A model generated the notes under the pieces. It had not been told where the DNA came from. It did no database searches and worked only from the letters and a program-made list of their open reading frames with translations. Position numbers and translations under genes: made by a program. Positions 39,126 through 49,182 of a stretch of DNA of 64,000 bases are shown here, in pieces. Source of the stretch: Spirochaetia bacterium (GTDB taxonomy: Bacteria > Spirochaetota > Spirochaetia > DSM-27196 > Salinispiraceae); NCBI GenBank assembly GCA_038204425.1, contig JBBRCZ010000006.1, forward strand, positions 80,363 to 144,362, given 5' to 3'. The stretch's first letter is position 1, and each line of letters opens with the position of its first letter.

Positions 39126-40286
39126 ATGCTTATGAAAAACTTAAGCATACGGTCATTGACCGGTCTATTTGCTGGAATATTCTTTCTGTGCTCAAGCACA
39201 GCGGCCTTTGCCCTCACCGATGCAATTGGTGAAGTGGTTTACTTGGATGGTCAGGTGCAAATCCTTCGCAACGCCAAGCTTGTATCGGGACGAGATATCA
39301 GTTTTGGTACCGTTATTCAGAATTTTGACCAAATCCGCGTAGTCAAGAATGGGCAGGTTGAAGTCCAGCTTTATGATAAAACCGGCATTGGTGGATCAAT
39401 CATTGTAAAGTCGGGTGGGGTCATATCATTTGATCTAAGTAGTCTGCGCAGCCAGCAGAGTGGCAACGTAGACCTTCTAAAAGGCAGTGTCCAGCTCAAG
39501 ATTAAGAAACTGGCGACTGGTAATCAACTAAACGTTAGAACCGGCACCGCCAACATGGGTGTTAGAGGCACCGAGTTTGAAGTTGAGTTTGCAGTCAATG
39601 GTGATACCTTGCTGAGCACTTCGGAAGGGCGTGTGGAATGTCAAGCTGATGGAAAGACTTTATTTTCTGCCCCTGGTAGCGTAGTTCAAGGAAGTGCTGA
39701 CGGCAACTGGAACAGTGTACCCGTAGCTGTCTCAAGTCTTGCTGAGTTTAAAAGGAAGTGGATAGCCGACAGAATTGATGCCTTTAAGGCCGACCCTGGC
39801 CGCGCCACTGCCCAGTTTGCTAGCCTTTACTTGGAGTACAAAACACGATTTGATGCGGCTTACGATGAACTCTTTAGACAGCGTGACGTCATGCAGAAAT
39901 GGATCAAAGAAGAGATGGACGGTAACATTGGCTCAACCGCAGAGCGAAATCGTGAAAAACTAAAGTTGATTACTGCCCTCAAAAAGATCCGCGTAGTCGG
40001 TTTTTTGTTTGAGCGGGTTTACTTCCGTCTGCAACAGTTGGACGAGCTCTACAAGCAAGGCATTGCGGCGACTGGACAGGTCAAACGCGGTCTTAGCGTG
40101 GCGGCATTTTTTAGACAGTTTAATGAAGAGCGTGACGTCCTCGGGCAAAAAATGGCGGATATAAATTTTGTAATTAAACTTTACGCAAAACGCAACGAAG
40201 GCACGTTTCCCTTTGATGTTGCTGGTAGCAGCATGGGCAACGCCGACAGTATGTTTGCCAACGAGAATAGCTTTTTTGGCAATTGA
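39126..40286 (+). CDS. Exported FecR-domain protein
   Basis: Signal peptide, GEVVYLDGQV and TGTANMGVRGTEF, followed by a helical C-terminus. Confidence 0.75.
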   Translation: MLMKNLSIRSLTGLFAGIFFLCSSTAAFALTDAIGEVVYLDGQVQILRNAKLVSGRDISFGTVIQNFDQIRVVKNGQVEVQLYDKTGIGGSIIVKSGGVISFDLSSLRSQQSGNVDLLKGSVQLKIKKLATGNQLNVRTGTANMGVRGTEFEVEFAVNGDTLLSTSEGRVECQADGKTLFSAPGSVVQGSADGNWNSVPVAVSSLAEFKRKWIADRIDAFKADPGRATAQFASLYLEYKTRFDAAYDELFRQRDVMQKWIKEEMDGNIGSTAERNREKLKLITALKKIRVVGFLFERVYFRLQQLDELYKQGIAATGQVKRGLSVAAFFRQFNEERDVLGQKMADINFVIKLYAKRNEGTFPFDVAGSSMGNADSMFANENSFFGN

Positions 40287-40330
40287 TTAGGCGCCGAGAC
40301 GCTTTGGAATAGGCGGGGTAGCGAAACAGC

Positions 40331-40951
40331 TCAGAAAAGAGTAGCTTCGCCGCCCTGCTTTTTTTTGGCGTGTTTGATGTGTTCCAAATAGGAAAGCTCT
40401 TGTGCAACAGTTGGTAGCATGCTCTGACCTTGGAATCGTTTTAACAAGACTCTTCCGTTGGAGCAAAAGACAAAAAGTTTGCGGCCGACACTGCCTCCGG
40501 TGTCAGAGCTAAGTATGGGAATATTCTCAAGTGCCAAAAACTCCATGGCAAGTCTAATGTTGCCATCGGGGATACCTTCGGCAATGTCATCTGAATTGAC
40601 TTTTGTAAGGTTAACCGCAGACTTTATGTTAAGCACGTGGCCGCCTCCAAAGACCTTGGCGACAAGACTGTTTTTTGGGGCTCCAGCCTTAAGAACTGCA
40701 TTGAGCAACTGCTCCATAGCTTGTAGTCCGTACCGACCTGCATCGTCAGCAAATACTTGCTGGCTACCAAGGTGTCGTGGCAACATATAATGATTCATAC
40801 CTGTTATACCAAGCGTAGGAGCATGCAGGACTACACTTACACAGCTGCCCAGTATGGTACTAATCATGGTTTCTGGCCCGTCGACATGAAACTCACCGGG
40901 GTGGATTACGGTCGTAGGTAGTTGGTACTGATGGCTAAAGGTGTGCAGCAT
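40331..40951 (-). CDS. cheD: Chemoreceptor glutamine deamidase
   Basis: IHPGE, TILGSCVSV, GMNHYMLP, AKVFGG and DTGG..GRK. Confidence 0.92.
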   Translation of the reverse strand: MLHTFSHQYQLPTTVIHPGEFHVDGPETMISTILGSCVSVVLHAPTLGITGMNHYMLPRHLGSQQVFADDAGRYGLQAMEQLLNAVLKAGAPKNSLVAKVFGGGHVLNIKSAVNLTKVNSDDIAEGIPDGNIRLAMEFLALENIPILSSDTGGSVGRKLFVFCSNGRVLLKRFQGQSMLPTVAQELSYLEHIKHAKKKQGGEATLF

Positions 40952-40953
40952 AT

Positions 40954-41787
40954 CTATCGTTCTTTCTTATAGACGGTGTTTCCAAGGTTGGTGAAGCCGT
41001 GGTCATCTGCGACCAAGGACTCAGAGTGGCCAAGCAAGAGAAATGCTCCAGGCTTGAGCACGTGGTCAAAGGCCGATACAATCTGGCCGCGATCAAAGCG
41101 ATCAAAATAGATAAGAACATTTCGACAAAAAATGAGGTCAAAGCCATGTTTAAAGGGGAACGGGTGAGTGAGATTAAAGCGACCAAAACGGATCATTTCT
41201 CTTAGGTGCGGCTTAATGCCAAAACTGTCTGAACCTTTGTTGATGCACGACAGGTGAAATATTTCGGGGATATCAGCCAAGTCACTAAGTGGGTACTCAG
41301 CTAGTTGTGCCTTTTCCAAAACAGTAGTGTCTATATCGGTGGCAAGTATTTTTATACCGCCAGGAGGTGTCTGTTTTGGATGTATGTCAAGGTATCGTTT
41401 GACTACCATGGCTATCGTATAAGGCTCTTTACCACTTGAACAACCGGCACTCCATATTCTTAAATCCTGTGGCTTGTTGGCGAGAATTGCCGGCAACCAA
41501 GACTCAAAGATAAAGGCAAAGTGGTGAGGCTCGCGAAAAAAATCTGTTTTGTTGGTAGTGATGCAATTAGTTAGCTCGACCACCTCTTGATCTGTATTTC
41601 TTGGATCTTCGAGATAGGCAATATACTGACCAAAGTCTTCCAGTTTTAGCACCCTAAGGCGTTTGGATAGGCGTGAGACAATCAGCATCTTTTTGTTCTC
41701 GCTTAAGCTAATCCCAACCACTTGGTGCACAATTTCGCGCAGGCGATTAAAGTCATGGTCGTCCAAAGCGGATTCATCCATTCTCAA
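40954..41787 (-). CDS. cheR: Chemotaxis protein-glutamate methyltransferase
   Basis: TTNKTDFFRE, IWSAGCSSG, ATDID, DLIFCRNVLIYF and GHSE. Confidence 0.94.
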   Translation of the reverse strand: MRMDESALDDHDFNRLREIVHQVVGISLSENKKMLIVSRLSKRLRVLKLEDFGQYIAYLEDPRNTDQEVVELTNCITTNKTDFFREPHHFAFIFESWLPAILANKPQDLRIWSAGCSSGKEPYTIAMVVKRYLDIHPKQTPPGGIKILATDIDTTVLEKAQLAEYPLSDLADIPEIFHLSCINKGSDSFGIKPHLREMIRFGRFNLTHPFPFKHGFDLIFCRNVLIYFDRFDRGQIVSAFDHVLKPGAFLLLGHSESLVADDHGFTNLGNTVYKKER

Positions 41788-43556
41788 AATAGCACCACTT
41801 CCCCAGCGTCAGAGCCTTGCTCAACTTCAAAACCGCCGATTAATCCGGCTGCTTGTTTATGCTGGTAGATGGTAAAACGTTCTATCATTTCCTGAAGTTG
41901 GCGGTTTTTCATGTTCCACTCACTAAGGCCTGCTTCGGCTAGAGACTGTGAAAAAATACTCTTCATCTGAGTATCTATGTTGTCGAGTTGTTGATGAGCG
42001 ATAGCAACGTCGTCTATCAGTTGGCCCAGTCTTGTTAGTTCTGACCGAGCATCCTTAAAGCTGGCCACAAACGAGCGAGAAAAGTCACCTGTTTTTCGGA
42101 TTGAGTCCATGAGCTCCTTTCGGGATCGTTCCAAGCGCGAAGTCTTGCTTCTGAAATCATCGATTAGGAACTGGCTGTAGTGCTCATGGTCAAGTTGGGT
42201 CTTGCGATAGGCCGATAGAAGTTTATTGATGTCTTTTTGGAAGACAGCGGTGATTTGCAAGCATTGTTCTACATCCTGGTTGATTTTTTGCGTTAGAACT
42301 GTCATTTCCTCAACAGTTCCTGACATTTCTTGCAGGACTAGCTGCTTTGCGATTTCAATTCTTGAGGCTACGTCAATTGATTGAAAGCGCGAGCACAGAG
42401 ACTCAAAGATCAGAAACTGGTCATTAAGGTCTTTGACTTGGCGCTCTATTTCTCGGCTCTCCTTGGCAGACTGGGACTTGCGTCTAGAAAGCTGTTGCAA
42501 ATCAAGTGCAAGATCACGACAAATGGTAAGCGCATGGTTAAAACGACTAAGCAAGGTATTGCCACTTGCTAGCTCGGTTTCATTTTCCAAAAGATTAGTG
42601 CGCTCAGTCTCCAACGAGGCAAGGTCGTTTTCGGATTTTTTGATACATTCTTCAAAACCGAGCAGACAATGTACAAGCTGACTCTTAACTTCATTAAGCA
42701 CAGCACCGCAAAGCCCGGGTAGCTGAGCGTAAAAAGCCAGCAGATCTAGCTTTTGGGCAAGATCATCGTCGGTGTAGGTCACGGTTTCGATCCGATTTAA
42801 GGATATGAGGCTGTGCTCAATGCTCTGACGGATTCTGTCTTGGCGTTGCACCAGACTTACCATGGTAACCAAGTTTGACTCAATGTTTGCTGCGGATTGA
42901 TAGAGGCGAATAAACGAGGCACTGATCTTCATACTAAACGAGGCTATTTCGTTTGTTGTTGTTTCAAAGTCCTGTAAAAAGCCACCCAAAATTGTGGTCT
43001 CACTGTCATCCAACCAGACCAGCGTTTCTTGAAAGGTGCCAAAACTCTGATTGAGACTTTCGCCTTTTTTGCTCACGGTGTCGGTAAGCAGGATGGTGCG
43101 GTTAGAAAGACGCTTTAGCTCCTCCGTGATATACGAGAATGCCTTGCCTTGGCTTCCTGCTTTAAGGGCTACCGTCATGGCATTGAGCGAAACCATTTCC
43201 ATTGACATCGAGTCTTCTTGTATAGTCCGGATCTTTTGGGAAAGCTGAGAGACTGACGCAAACCGTTCCGCTAGGCTGGTGAGAATCTGCTCATTGCCCT
43301 TGTTTAGCTTCTTGAGTTCTAAGCTGCTTTTTTTGGAATAGTTTCTTAAGTCATGTAAGTGACCTACAAAGCTATCGGTGTTGTTCTCATTACCTGAGTT
43401 TAGTAGCTCCCAACTGTTTTGCAGGTCTCTTTTTAGGGCCCGCAAAAGACTAGGAAAAGTTCTTCCCAAAGACAAAAAAATTTCTTCTGTGTTGCTATCG
43501 AGTTGACGCAAGGCAGATAGTAATTGTTCTTTGATTTCTACAATTGAATTGGTCAT
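41784..43556 (-). CDS. Soluble chemoreceptor-like coiled-coil protein
   Basis: No TM segment. MCP-like tip VSLNAMTVALKAGSQGKAFSYITEELKRLS, then QRQDRIRQSIEH. It overlaps cheR by 4 nt. Confidence 0.65.
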   Translation of the reverse strand: MTNSIVEIKEQLLSALRQLDSNTEEIFLSLGRTFPSLLRALKRDLQNSWELLNSGNENNTDSFVGHLHDLRNYSKKSSLELKKLNKGNEQILTSLAERFASVSQLSQKIRTIQEDSMSMEMVSLNAMTVALKAGSQGKAFSYITEELKRLSNRTILLTDTVSKKGESLNQSFGTFQETLVWLDDSETTILGGFLQDFETTTNEIASFSMKISASFIRLYQSAANIESNLVTMVSLVQRQDRIRQSIEHSLISLNRIETVTYTDDDLAQKLDLLAFYAQLPGLCGAVLNEVKSQLVHCLLGFEECIKKSENDLASLETERTNLLENETELASGNTLLSRFNHALTICRDLALDLQQLSRRKSQSAKESREIERQVKDLNDQFLIFESLCSRFQSIDVASRIEIAKQLVLQEMSGTVEEMTVLTQKINQDVEQCLQITAVFQKDINKLLSAYRKTQLDHEHYSQFLIDDFRSKTSRLERSRKELMDSIRKTGDFSRSFVASFKDARSELTRLGQLIDDVAIAHQQLDNIDTQMKSIFSQSLAEAGLSEWNMKNRQLQEMIERFTIYQHKQAAGLIGGFEVEQGSDAGEVVLF

Positions 43557-43577
43557 ACTATGCTTTTAAGTATAAAT

Positions 43578-43603
43578 AAAAAACCGCCCTTGCGGACGGC
43601 TTT
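43578..43603 (-). terminator. Intrinsic terminator after the ABC ATPase gene
   Basis: The minus strand reads aaagccgtcc-GCAA-gggcggtttttt. Confidence 0.8.
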
Positions 43604-43640
43604 GTTTAAAATTTTGAAAAATAACTTTGCCCTTAAATGT

Positions 43641-44741
43641 CTATTCCAAACCGATTGTAGCTTCGGTTTCGTTGTCAAAGAACAAAATACGCTCGAGGTT
43701 TGGAACCAAACGACAAGTATCGCCAACAGAAAAATCTATGGTTGGTGGCACACGTGCGACACACTGGTGATTGCTTGTCTGGACAAAAATATGAGTTTCT
43801 GCGCCAAGTGGCTCAATAACTTCGATTTTGGCAAGAAAAGAAACGTCCTCAGTAGCCTTTGGCTCATAGTGGAAGTCTTCTGGTCTAATTCCCATCGACA
43901 TTTCTTTGCCAATAAAGGGACTTAGATAGCGTATGTGATGTGGTCCGAGTCGCAATCGAAAGCTACCTTCGTTGGCAAAAAAGGCCCCGGCTTGTTCTTC
44001 AATCTTGACTTGGAAAAAGTTCATCGGAGGCGATCCAATAAATCCGGCCACAAAGCGGTTGATTGGCTTGTTGTACAAGGTCAAAGGGTCGCCAATCTGT
44101 TGAATAAGTCCACCGCGCATAATTACGATTTTGTCGCCCATGGTCATAGCTTCTATCTGATCGTGGGTTACGTAAATCATTGTTGCCTGTAGTCTGGTAT
44201 GCAATGCTGATATTTCCGCGCGCATCTGAACACGCAGTTTGGCGTCGAGGTTGGAAAGTGGCTCGTCAAAAAGGAAAACCTTAGGATGGCGAACAATAGC
44301 GCGGCCAACAGCAACACGCTGGCGTTGACCACCAGATAGTGCTTTTGGCTTTCTTTGCAGAAGCTCAGTGATTTCAAGAATATTGGCGGCTTCCTGAACA
44401 CGTTCTGCAATTACTTGCTTGTCAAACTTACGAATTTTGAGTCCAAACGCCATGTTGTCGTAAACTGACATGTGTGGATACAAAGCGTAGTTTTGAAAAA
44501 CCATTGCAATGTCGCGGTCTTTTGGTGCCTTTTCGTTGACAAGTTCGCCGTCAATAAAAAGCTGGCCGCTTGAAATTTCTTCCAAACCGGCGATCATGCG
44601 CAAGGTAGTGGTCTTACCACAACCGGACGGCCCTACCAATACTACGAACTCCCGATCCTGGATGGTGATGTTTGCGCTCTTGACAGCGTGAACTCCACCC
44701 TCGTACATCTTGTTGATTTCTTTTAGCTCTACTGTTGCCAT
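43641..44741 (-). CDS. Sugar ABC transporter ATP-binding protein (MalK/MsmX/UgpC family)
   Basis: GPSGCGKT, VFQNYALYPHM, LSGGQRQR, DEPLSNLDAKLR and YVTHDQ. Confidence 0.95.
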   Translation of the reverse strand: MATVELKEINKMYEGGVHAVKSANITIQDREFVVLVGPSGCGKTTTLRMIAGLEEISSGQLFIDGELVNEKAPKDRDIAMVFQNYALYPHMSVYDNMAFGLKIRKFDKQVIAERVQEAANILEITELLQRKPKALSGGQRQRVAVGRAIVRHPKVFLFDEPLSNLDAKLRVQMRAEISALHTRLQATMIYVTHDQIEAMTMGDKIVIMRGGLIQQIGDPLTLYNKPINRFVAGFIGSPPMNFFQVKIEEQAGAFFANEGSFRLRLGPHHIRYLSPFIGKEMSMGIRPEDFHYEPKATEDVSFLAKIEVIEPLGAETHIFVQTSNHQCVARVPPTIDFSVGDTCRLVPNLERILFFDNETEATIGLE

Positions 44742-44775
44742 TAAATGGCCTCCTGAGAATTATATTATGTCAATC

Positions 44776-44804
44776 ATCATAGGTGTGGATTGGTGCCGTG
44801 TCAA
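44776..44804 (-). promoter_or_regulatory. sigma70 promoter of the ABC ATPase gene
   Basis: TTGACA-17 nt-TATGAT, with an AGGAGG ribosome-binding site downstream. Confidence 0.7.
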
Positions 44805-44822
44805 TCTTTTTATGAGCTGCGC

Positions 44823-46124
44823 TTAGGGTTCTAATCCATTCATTAGGTACCAACGATTTATTTCATCTCTCAAGTTTCCCACCTTGGACTTACCTGACAA
44901 AATTTGATCTTGTATCCATGGTTCAAAGACCTCACGCTTAAAGTCTTCCCATAGCAAACCACCAATTAATGGCGCTCGCATGAGATTGGATGGCGGAATA
45001 GTGCCCTTTAAACTCGGGTAAAAAGTTGGCAGATGCTTTTCGGTGATTGTTTTATTGCTAGAAAAACCACCCAAAAATCCAAAACTGTCAAAGCCACGTT
45101 TTATGAGCTCACTGAGATAGCGGTCTTGATTCTTTGGGTTGAGCATCCACAAAAGAAAGTCGCGGGCTTGGTTCTTTTTGGACGATTGCAGACTTATCCC
45201 GGCATATACGGCGTTGTCCAAGATCTGCAAATTGTTGTTGTAGAGTGGCCAGTATGGATAGAGGCCTTTTTGAGCATTGGTGCTCAGGCCAAAAAACTCG
45301 TTTGACTTGAGGTAGGCCCAAGTAAAACGACCGGTTTTGGCAAGTGAGAGCGTTGGCGTGTAGGCGAATTTGTCAAGGAAGGCTTTTTCGGCTTGGGCAC
45401 CGCCCTTGGTCTGAGATGTCCATTGCAGCATGTAGTCAAGTGTTTTGGAAAGCGCTTGGTTATTCCATTCTGGAAAACCGTTTCTTGCACCTTGCAGCTC
45501 GGTGCCAAAGTACTTGCCAACTAAGGACAAAAATTCGCCCTTATAAAGTGGGCTAAAGCCCATTTTGTTGAGTGCGCCGCGTCTCTCGCTGAGGTAACCC
45601 TTGGATTTTTCTCGCAAGGAGTCAAGATCGATAGTAAACCCGTCAAGGAAGTCTTGGCTGCCTGATGGCAAATTAGAAACCAAAAGCGGCAGATTAAAAG
45701 AAACGATAATCAGAGGCGTTTTTTTGGCACTGTCAATTCGTGAAAAAGTATACCAATCACTCTCAAAATTTTCTATTTCCGCAAAGATACTGGCAATGTC
45801 ATCAAGCTTGTCGATGCTCTGTTGGTAGTAAATGCCACTCGCCAAGACAAGGTCTGTGTCTTGGTAGAGTTCAGTAGAATTGATCTGCTCGGGCAACTGG
45901 ACCAAGTCTACAAGTTTTTTGGTTTGCCCAGAATAGAGCTCGGCGAGCAAAGCAACTGATGCTTGGTTGGTGGCAATTCTTAGAGCCTGTGAACGAGCAG
46001 AACAGCCAAACAGAGCAAAGAGAGCCAGCGCTATCCCAGTAACTTTAAAAATGGCGCCGACTAAGTTATAGACTTGTATGGATTTAGACAGCAAGTTGAG
46101 CTGCCACCAAGAATATTTCTTCAT
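44823..46124 (-). CDS. Extracellular solute-binding lipoprotein-like
   Basis: Lipobox LFGC and motifs SFNLP and YAGI...ARDFLLWML. The start codon is uncertain. Confidence 0.6.
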   Translation of the reverse strand: MKKYSWWQLNLLSKSIQVYNLVGAIFKVTGIALALFALFGCSARSQALRIATNQASVALLAELYSGQTKKLVDLVQLPEQINSTELYQDTDLVLASGIYYQQSIDKLDDIASIFAEIENFESDWYTFSRIDSAKKTPLIIVSFNLPLLVSNLPSGSQDFLDGFTIDLDSLREKSKGYLSERRGALNKMGFSPLYKGEFLSLVGKYFGTELQGARNGFPEWNNQALSKTLDYMLQWTSQTKGGAQAEKAFLDKFAYTPTLSLAKTGRFTWAYLKSNEFFGLSTNAQKGLYPYWPLYNNNLQILDNAVYAGISLQSSKKNQARDFLLWMLNPKNQDRYLSELIKRGFDSFGFLGGFSSNKTITEKHLPTFYPSLKGTIPPSNLMRAPLIGGLLWEDFKREVFEPWIQDQILSGKSKVGNLRDEINRWYLMNGLEP

Positions 46125-47394
46125 AAAGCGTGGCTAATTCTGCCAAGTCTATGGCCGAGTAAGCAACTCTAAGGTATCGATCCTTTAAATTGATGGTTCC
46201 AATTCCACGCTCAAGCAAGGCTTGGCGCAGTTTTTCGGCATTGAGTGGGTAGCAATCAAAAGACATAAAATAGCCGGAATTAAAGGGCAACGGTTTGAGC
46301 ACTTTCGTACCTGGACTATCTTTGTAGTTGGCAATAATTTTCTTTACTTCGAAATAGCGAGCTTCAAGTTTTTTGAAGGCGGCACTTTTTTGCTCCGGGT
46401 AGGATGGATGCTCATAAGCGTTTTTGAGAATAAACTGCCCAAGGCCGGATGAATTGGAAATGCTCGATCTAATTGAGCCCATCAGTTTTTGCAAGATTGC
46501 GGCAAAATGCTTGTCGGTCATGCTTAGGTTGCCAAAGGTCACAAAACCGAGTCTAAAACCCCAGACAAAGTCCTCTTTGGTAGAACCGTCAACTTTGATG
46601 GCCAAGATGCGTTCGTGGGCCTTGGCGAGCTGTGCAAACAAACTTTCGTTGTTGGTTTCCTTCTCGTAAAAAAGGCCAAAGTAAGCGTCGTCACAGATAA
46701 CTAGTATATCGACGCCTTGGTCTGCTTTTTTGGTCAAAATAGCTGCGATTGCTTGAGCTTCGGCCTTGTTTGGGCTGTACCCTGTCGGATTGTTGGGGAA
46801 ATTTAACAAAACTGCTAGCCGCTTGTGACCTTGCTTTGGTGTGTTGGCGTCCAAGGCTTGCTCGAGCGCTTTGAGGTTAAAGCCGCCGGCCTCGTTAAAC
46901 AAATCAAACTCTGCAATCGAAACATTGCGACGCGTTTCAAAAATTAGTTCATAGTTGTCCCAGTGCATATTGGGTATAATAATAGTGTCGCCAACGTTAA
47001 AGAATAGATCGGCGCACTGGAAGATGCCGTTGGTTAAGCCTGGCACGACCATTGGCAAGGAACAAGTTTTGCTGTCCAAGTTTGGATTCTTGGAGCGCAT
47101 TTGCTCCAACCAGCCTTCTCTGACCGAAAGTACACCGCCGGCCGGTGCATAGGCTGCGACTTCACGCGGGCCAAGGCCAGGAACTTGCTGGGCTACGACA
47201 GGCAAAACCATCGGTTGCCGAGCCTCTACCGCCATGCCGATGGTTGCGTCAAAGCGTTTGGCTTTGCTTGCTGCCTCGGCGGCTTGGGCGACTATGCCGC
47301 GAGGGAAAAATATCTCTTTGCCAAAATCAGACAAAAGTCTGCCGCAAACGTTATTACTGAGTACCTGGTTTAGTTCTTGTGCAATTGGATTCAT
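46084..47394 (-). CDS. Class I/II PLP-dependent aminotransferase
   Basis: FDATIG, NFPNNPTGY, DDAYFG, KVDGSTKE..WGFR and PFNSGYF. Confidence 0.88.
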   Translation of the reverse strand: MNPIAQELNQVLSNNVCGRLLSDFGKEIFFPRGIVAQAAEAASKAKRFDATIGMAVEARQPMVLPVVAQQVPGLGPREVAAYAPAGGVLSVREGWLEQMRSKNPNLDSKTCSLPMVVPGLTNGIFQCADLFFNVGDTIIIPNMHWDNYELIFETRRNVSIAEFDLFNEAGGFNLKALEQALDANTPKQGHKRLAVLLNFPNNPTGYSPNKAEAQAIAAILTKKADQGVDILVICDDAYFGLFYEKETNNESLFAQLAKAHERILAIKVDGSTKEDFVWGFRLGFVTFGNLSMTDKHFAAILQKLMGSIRSSISNSSGLGQFILKNAYEHPSYPEQKSAAFKKLEARYFEVKKIIANYKDSPGTKVLKPLPFNSGYFMSFDCYPLNAEKLRQALLERGIGTINLKDRYLRVAYSAIDLAELATLYEEIFLVAAQLAV

Positions 47395-47515
47395 GGCCAA
47401 TAAGATACTGGGTAACAGGCAATTGGTTCAAGAAGCAATTGAAATTTTGTACTTTGTGCGATTGTTTAGGTGCTCTCATTGACAAGGGTGTGCGCTAGTC
47501 TTAAATTCATTTACG

Positions 47516-49144
47516 ATGGCTATTCAGAAGACTGCGCCCGTTGGCGCTGACAACAAAAATTCGGACTCAGGTTTAATAGGCTTTTTTGTAAAACTGTTTA
47601 TGGGTGGCGAAGATCCTGACCGAGAAAAACGTCGTCTAGTTAAGCAGTTGGGTAAGGATCTGCTCAAGGTCAAATACAAGTTTTACAAACCCAAGGGCAG
47701 CGAAGCGAGCCCAGGATTGGCCAAGTTTTTTTACGAATGTTACAAGAATAGCGCCAACGCTGGGGTAATTTTGCAAGGCGCTGACAAGTCCAATGCTCTT
47801 CGTTCGATCTGTATTGAGCATTTTCTGAGTCCAGAACAAGAGAGAGTACTTGATCACTTTAACGACGGCTATATTCGTGAGCGCGCCAAAGCAGTGGACT
47901 CCAAGACCTTGGCCGCAGAGTTAAAAGATGACTTGGTTCTTTTTTTCTCAAGCTTCAATAGCAAAACGGTGGCTCATATCAATGGCGTTTACACATTGAT
48001 TATGCGCTTCTTATCCTTTGTAGTCTTTGATTTTTACTTTATTCTTAAAAAATTTGATTCAGGAATGCTTGAACGCAACTTTGTTGCCAACCCAAAATTT
48101 GAAGCAATTCCGGGCGACTATGTTTTGGATGATATTAAGGATTTTCAGGAAATTTCTCTTGGATTAGATCGACAGGCCGACTGGAATGCTGTTTTTGATG
48201 TGCTCAAGATTTTTAAGTCTGTGGATCCGGTCGATAGAGTTGAGTGGAACCGTATCATCAACATAGTTCATCAGGTTAATTCCTCTGACATACTTTCTAT
48301 GGTGGTGCAACACATCTCAAGCGATCCTTGGTACAAGCCAAGTATAGACAAACAGAATCACCGGATTGTTGAATCCTATATTGAGAAGATTAAGACGCAA
48401 GTTGAGTCCACCATTCAATCGATAGCCAGCGAACGCAAAGACGCCCAAATCGATAAATTGATGGTGATGGTTTTTGGCACCAAGGATATACAACGCACTA
48501 AGAACTATACAGAAAATGCCAACTTGATGTTCTCAAAAAAGCAGACGCAAGGTTACACCTATGTGGTGCCCATTAACCTAATGAAGGCCTTTTTGGTGGA
48601 CTACTTCAAGAAGGATGTGCGAGAGCTTCAAGAGCTTATTCTGGTACGTGGTAAGTGGACCACCAATGTTATGTCACAGCAGATCTCGGACCTCTACTAT
48701 CAAATACTTTCGCTTAGTGAACAGATTATCGCTTTTGACGAATCCTGCGCCGATGAGGCCGATGTTGGCAGCAAAATCCGTAAAACTATGGCGCGCGTGG
48801 TGGATAGAGACACAAGTTCTGGCAATTCACTGCGGCAGATTTTGGAAGAAGTCAATGAGCGTGCCGCTAAAATGGTTTCGGAAGCCGCGTCGGCTTTAAT
48901 TGCACTCGGCAAATATTTACGCATAGTTTTAGAAGACATTGACAAGAAGAATCATGAAGTGATGCTTAACTGGAAAGAACTCGAGAATATCTCGGATGTA
49001 CCACTTAAAACGCGTATCTCAGAAATCTACAAGAAGCTCTATTTTTTTATCCAGCTTATACAGTTGTTTTCTCGCGGGGCGGCAGCGCCTTCTCGTACAC
49101 CTAGCGTCGCTACTATCGACACCGGTGTACCTGACGAAGGCTAA
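47516..49144 (+). CDS. Conserved spirochaete helical protein (DUF5312-like)
   Basis: DPDREKRRLVKQLGK..KYKFYK, FDFYFILKKFD and LVRGKW. The family is recalled, not searched. Confidence 0.55.
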   Translation: MAIQKTAPVGADNKNSDSGLIGFFVKLFMGGEDPDREKRRLVKQLGKDLLKVKYKFYKPKGSEASPGLAKFFYECYKNSANAGVILQGADKSNALRSICIEHFLSPEQERVLDHFNDGYIRERAKAVDSKTLAAELKDDLVLFFSSFNSKTVAHINGVYTLIMRFLSFVVFDFYFILKKFDSGMLERNFVANPKFEAIPGDYVLDDIKDFQEISLGLDRQADWNAVFDVLKIFKSVDPVDRVEWNRIINIVHQVNSSDILSMVVQHISSDPWYKPSIDKQNHRIVESYIEKIKTQVESTIQSIASERKDAQIDKLMVMVFGTKDIQRTKNYTENANLMFSKKQTQGYTYVVPINLMKAFLVDYFKKDVRELQELILVRGKWTTNVMSQQISDLYYQILSLSEQIIAFDESCADEADVGSKIRKTMARVVDRDTSSGNSLRQILEEVNERAAKMVSEAASALIALGKYLRIVLEDIDKKNHEVMLNWKELENISDVPLKTRISEIYKKLYFFIQLIQLFSRGAAAPSRTPSVATIDTGVPDEG

Positions 49145-49182
49145 GCTAAGCGACTGTTTGCTGTTGCAGACTCACTTAGCAT

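Noticed and set aside
41173..41186. 14-mer attaaagcgaccaa shared with the hairpin at 20062
   Set aside because: It lies inside cheR coding sequence as a single short match and is probably chance.
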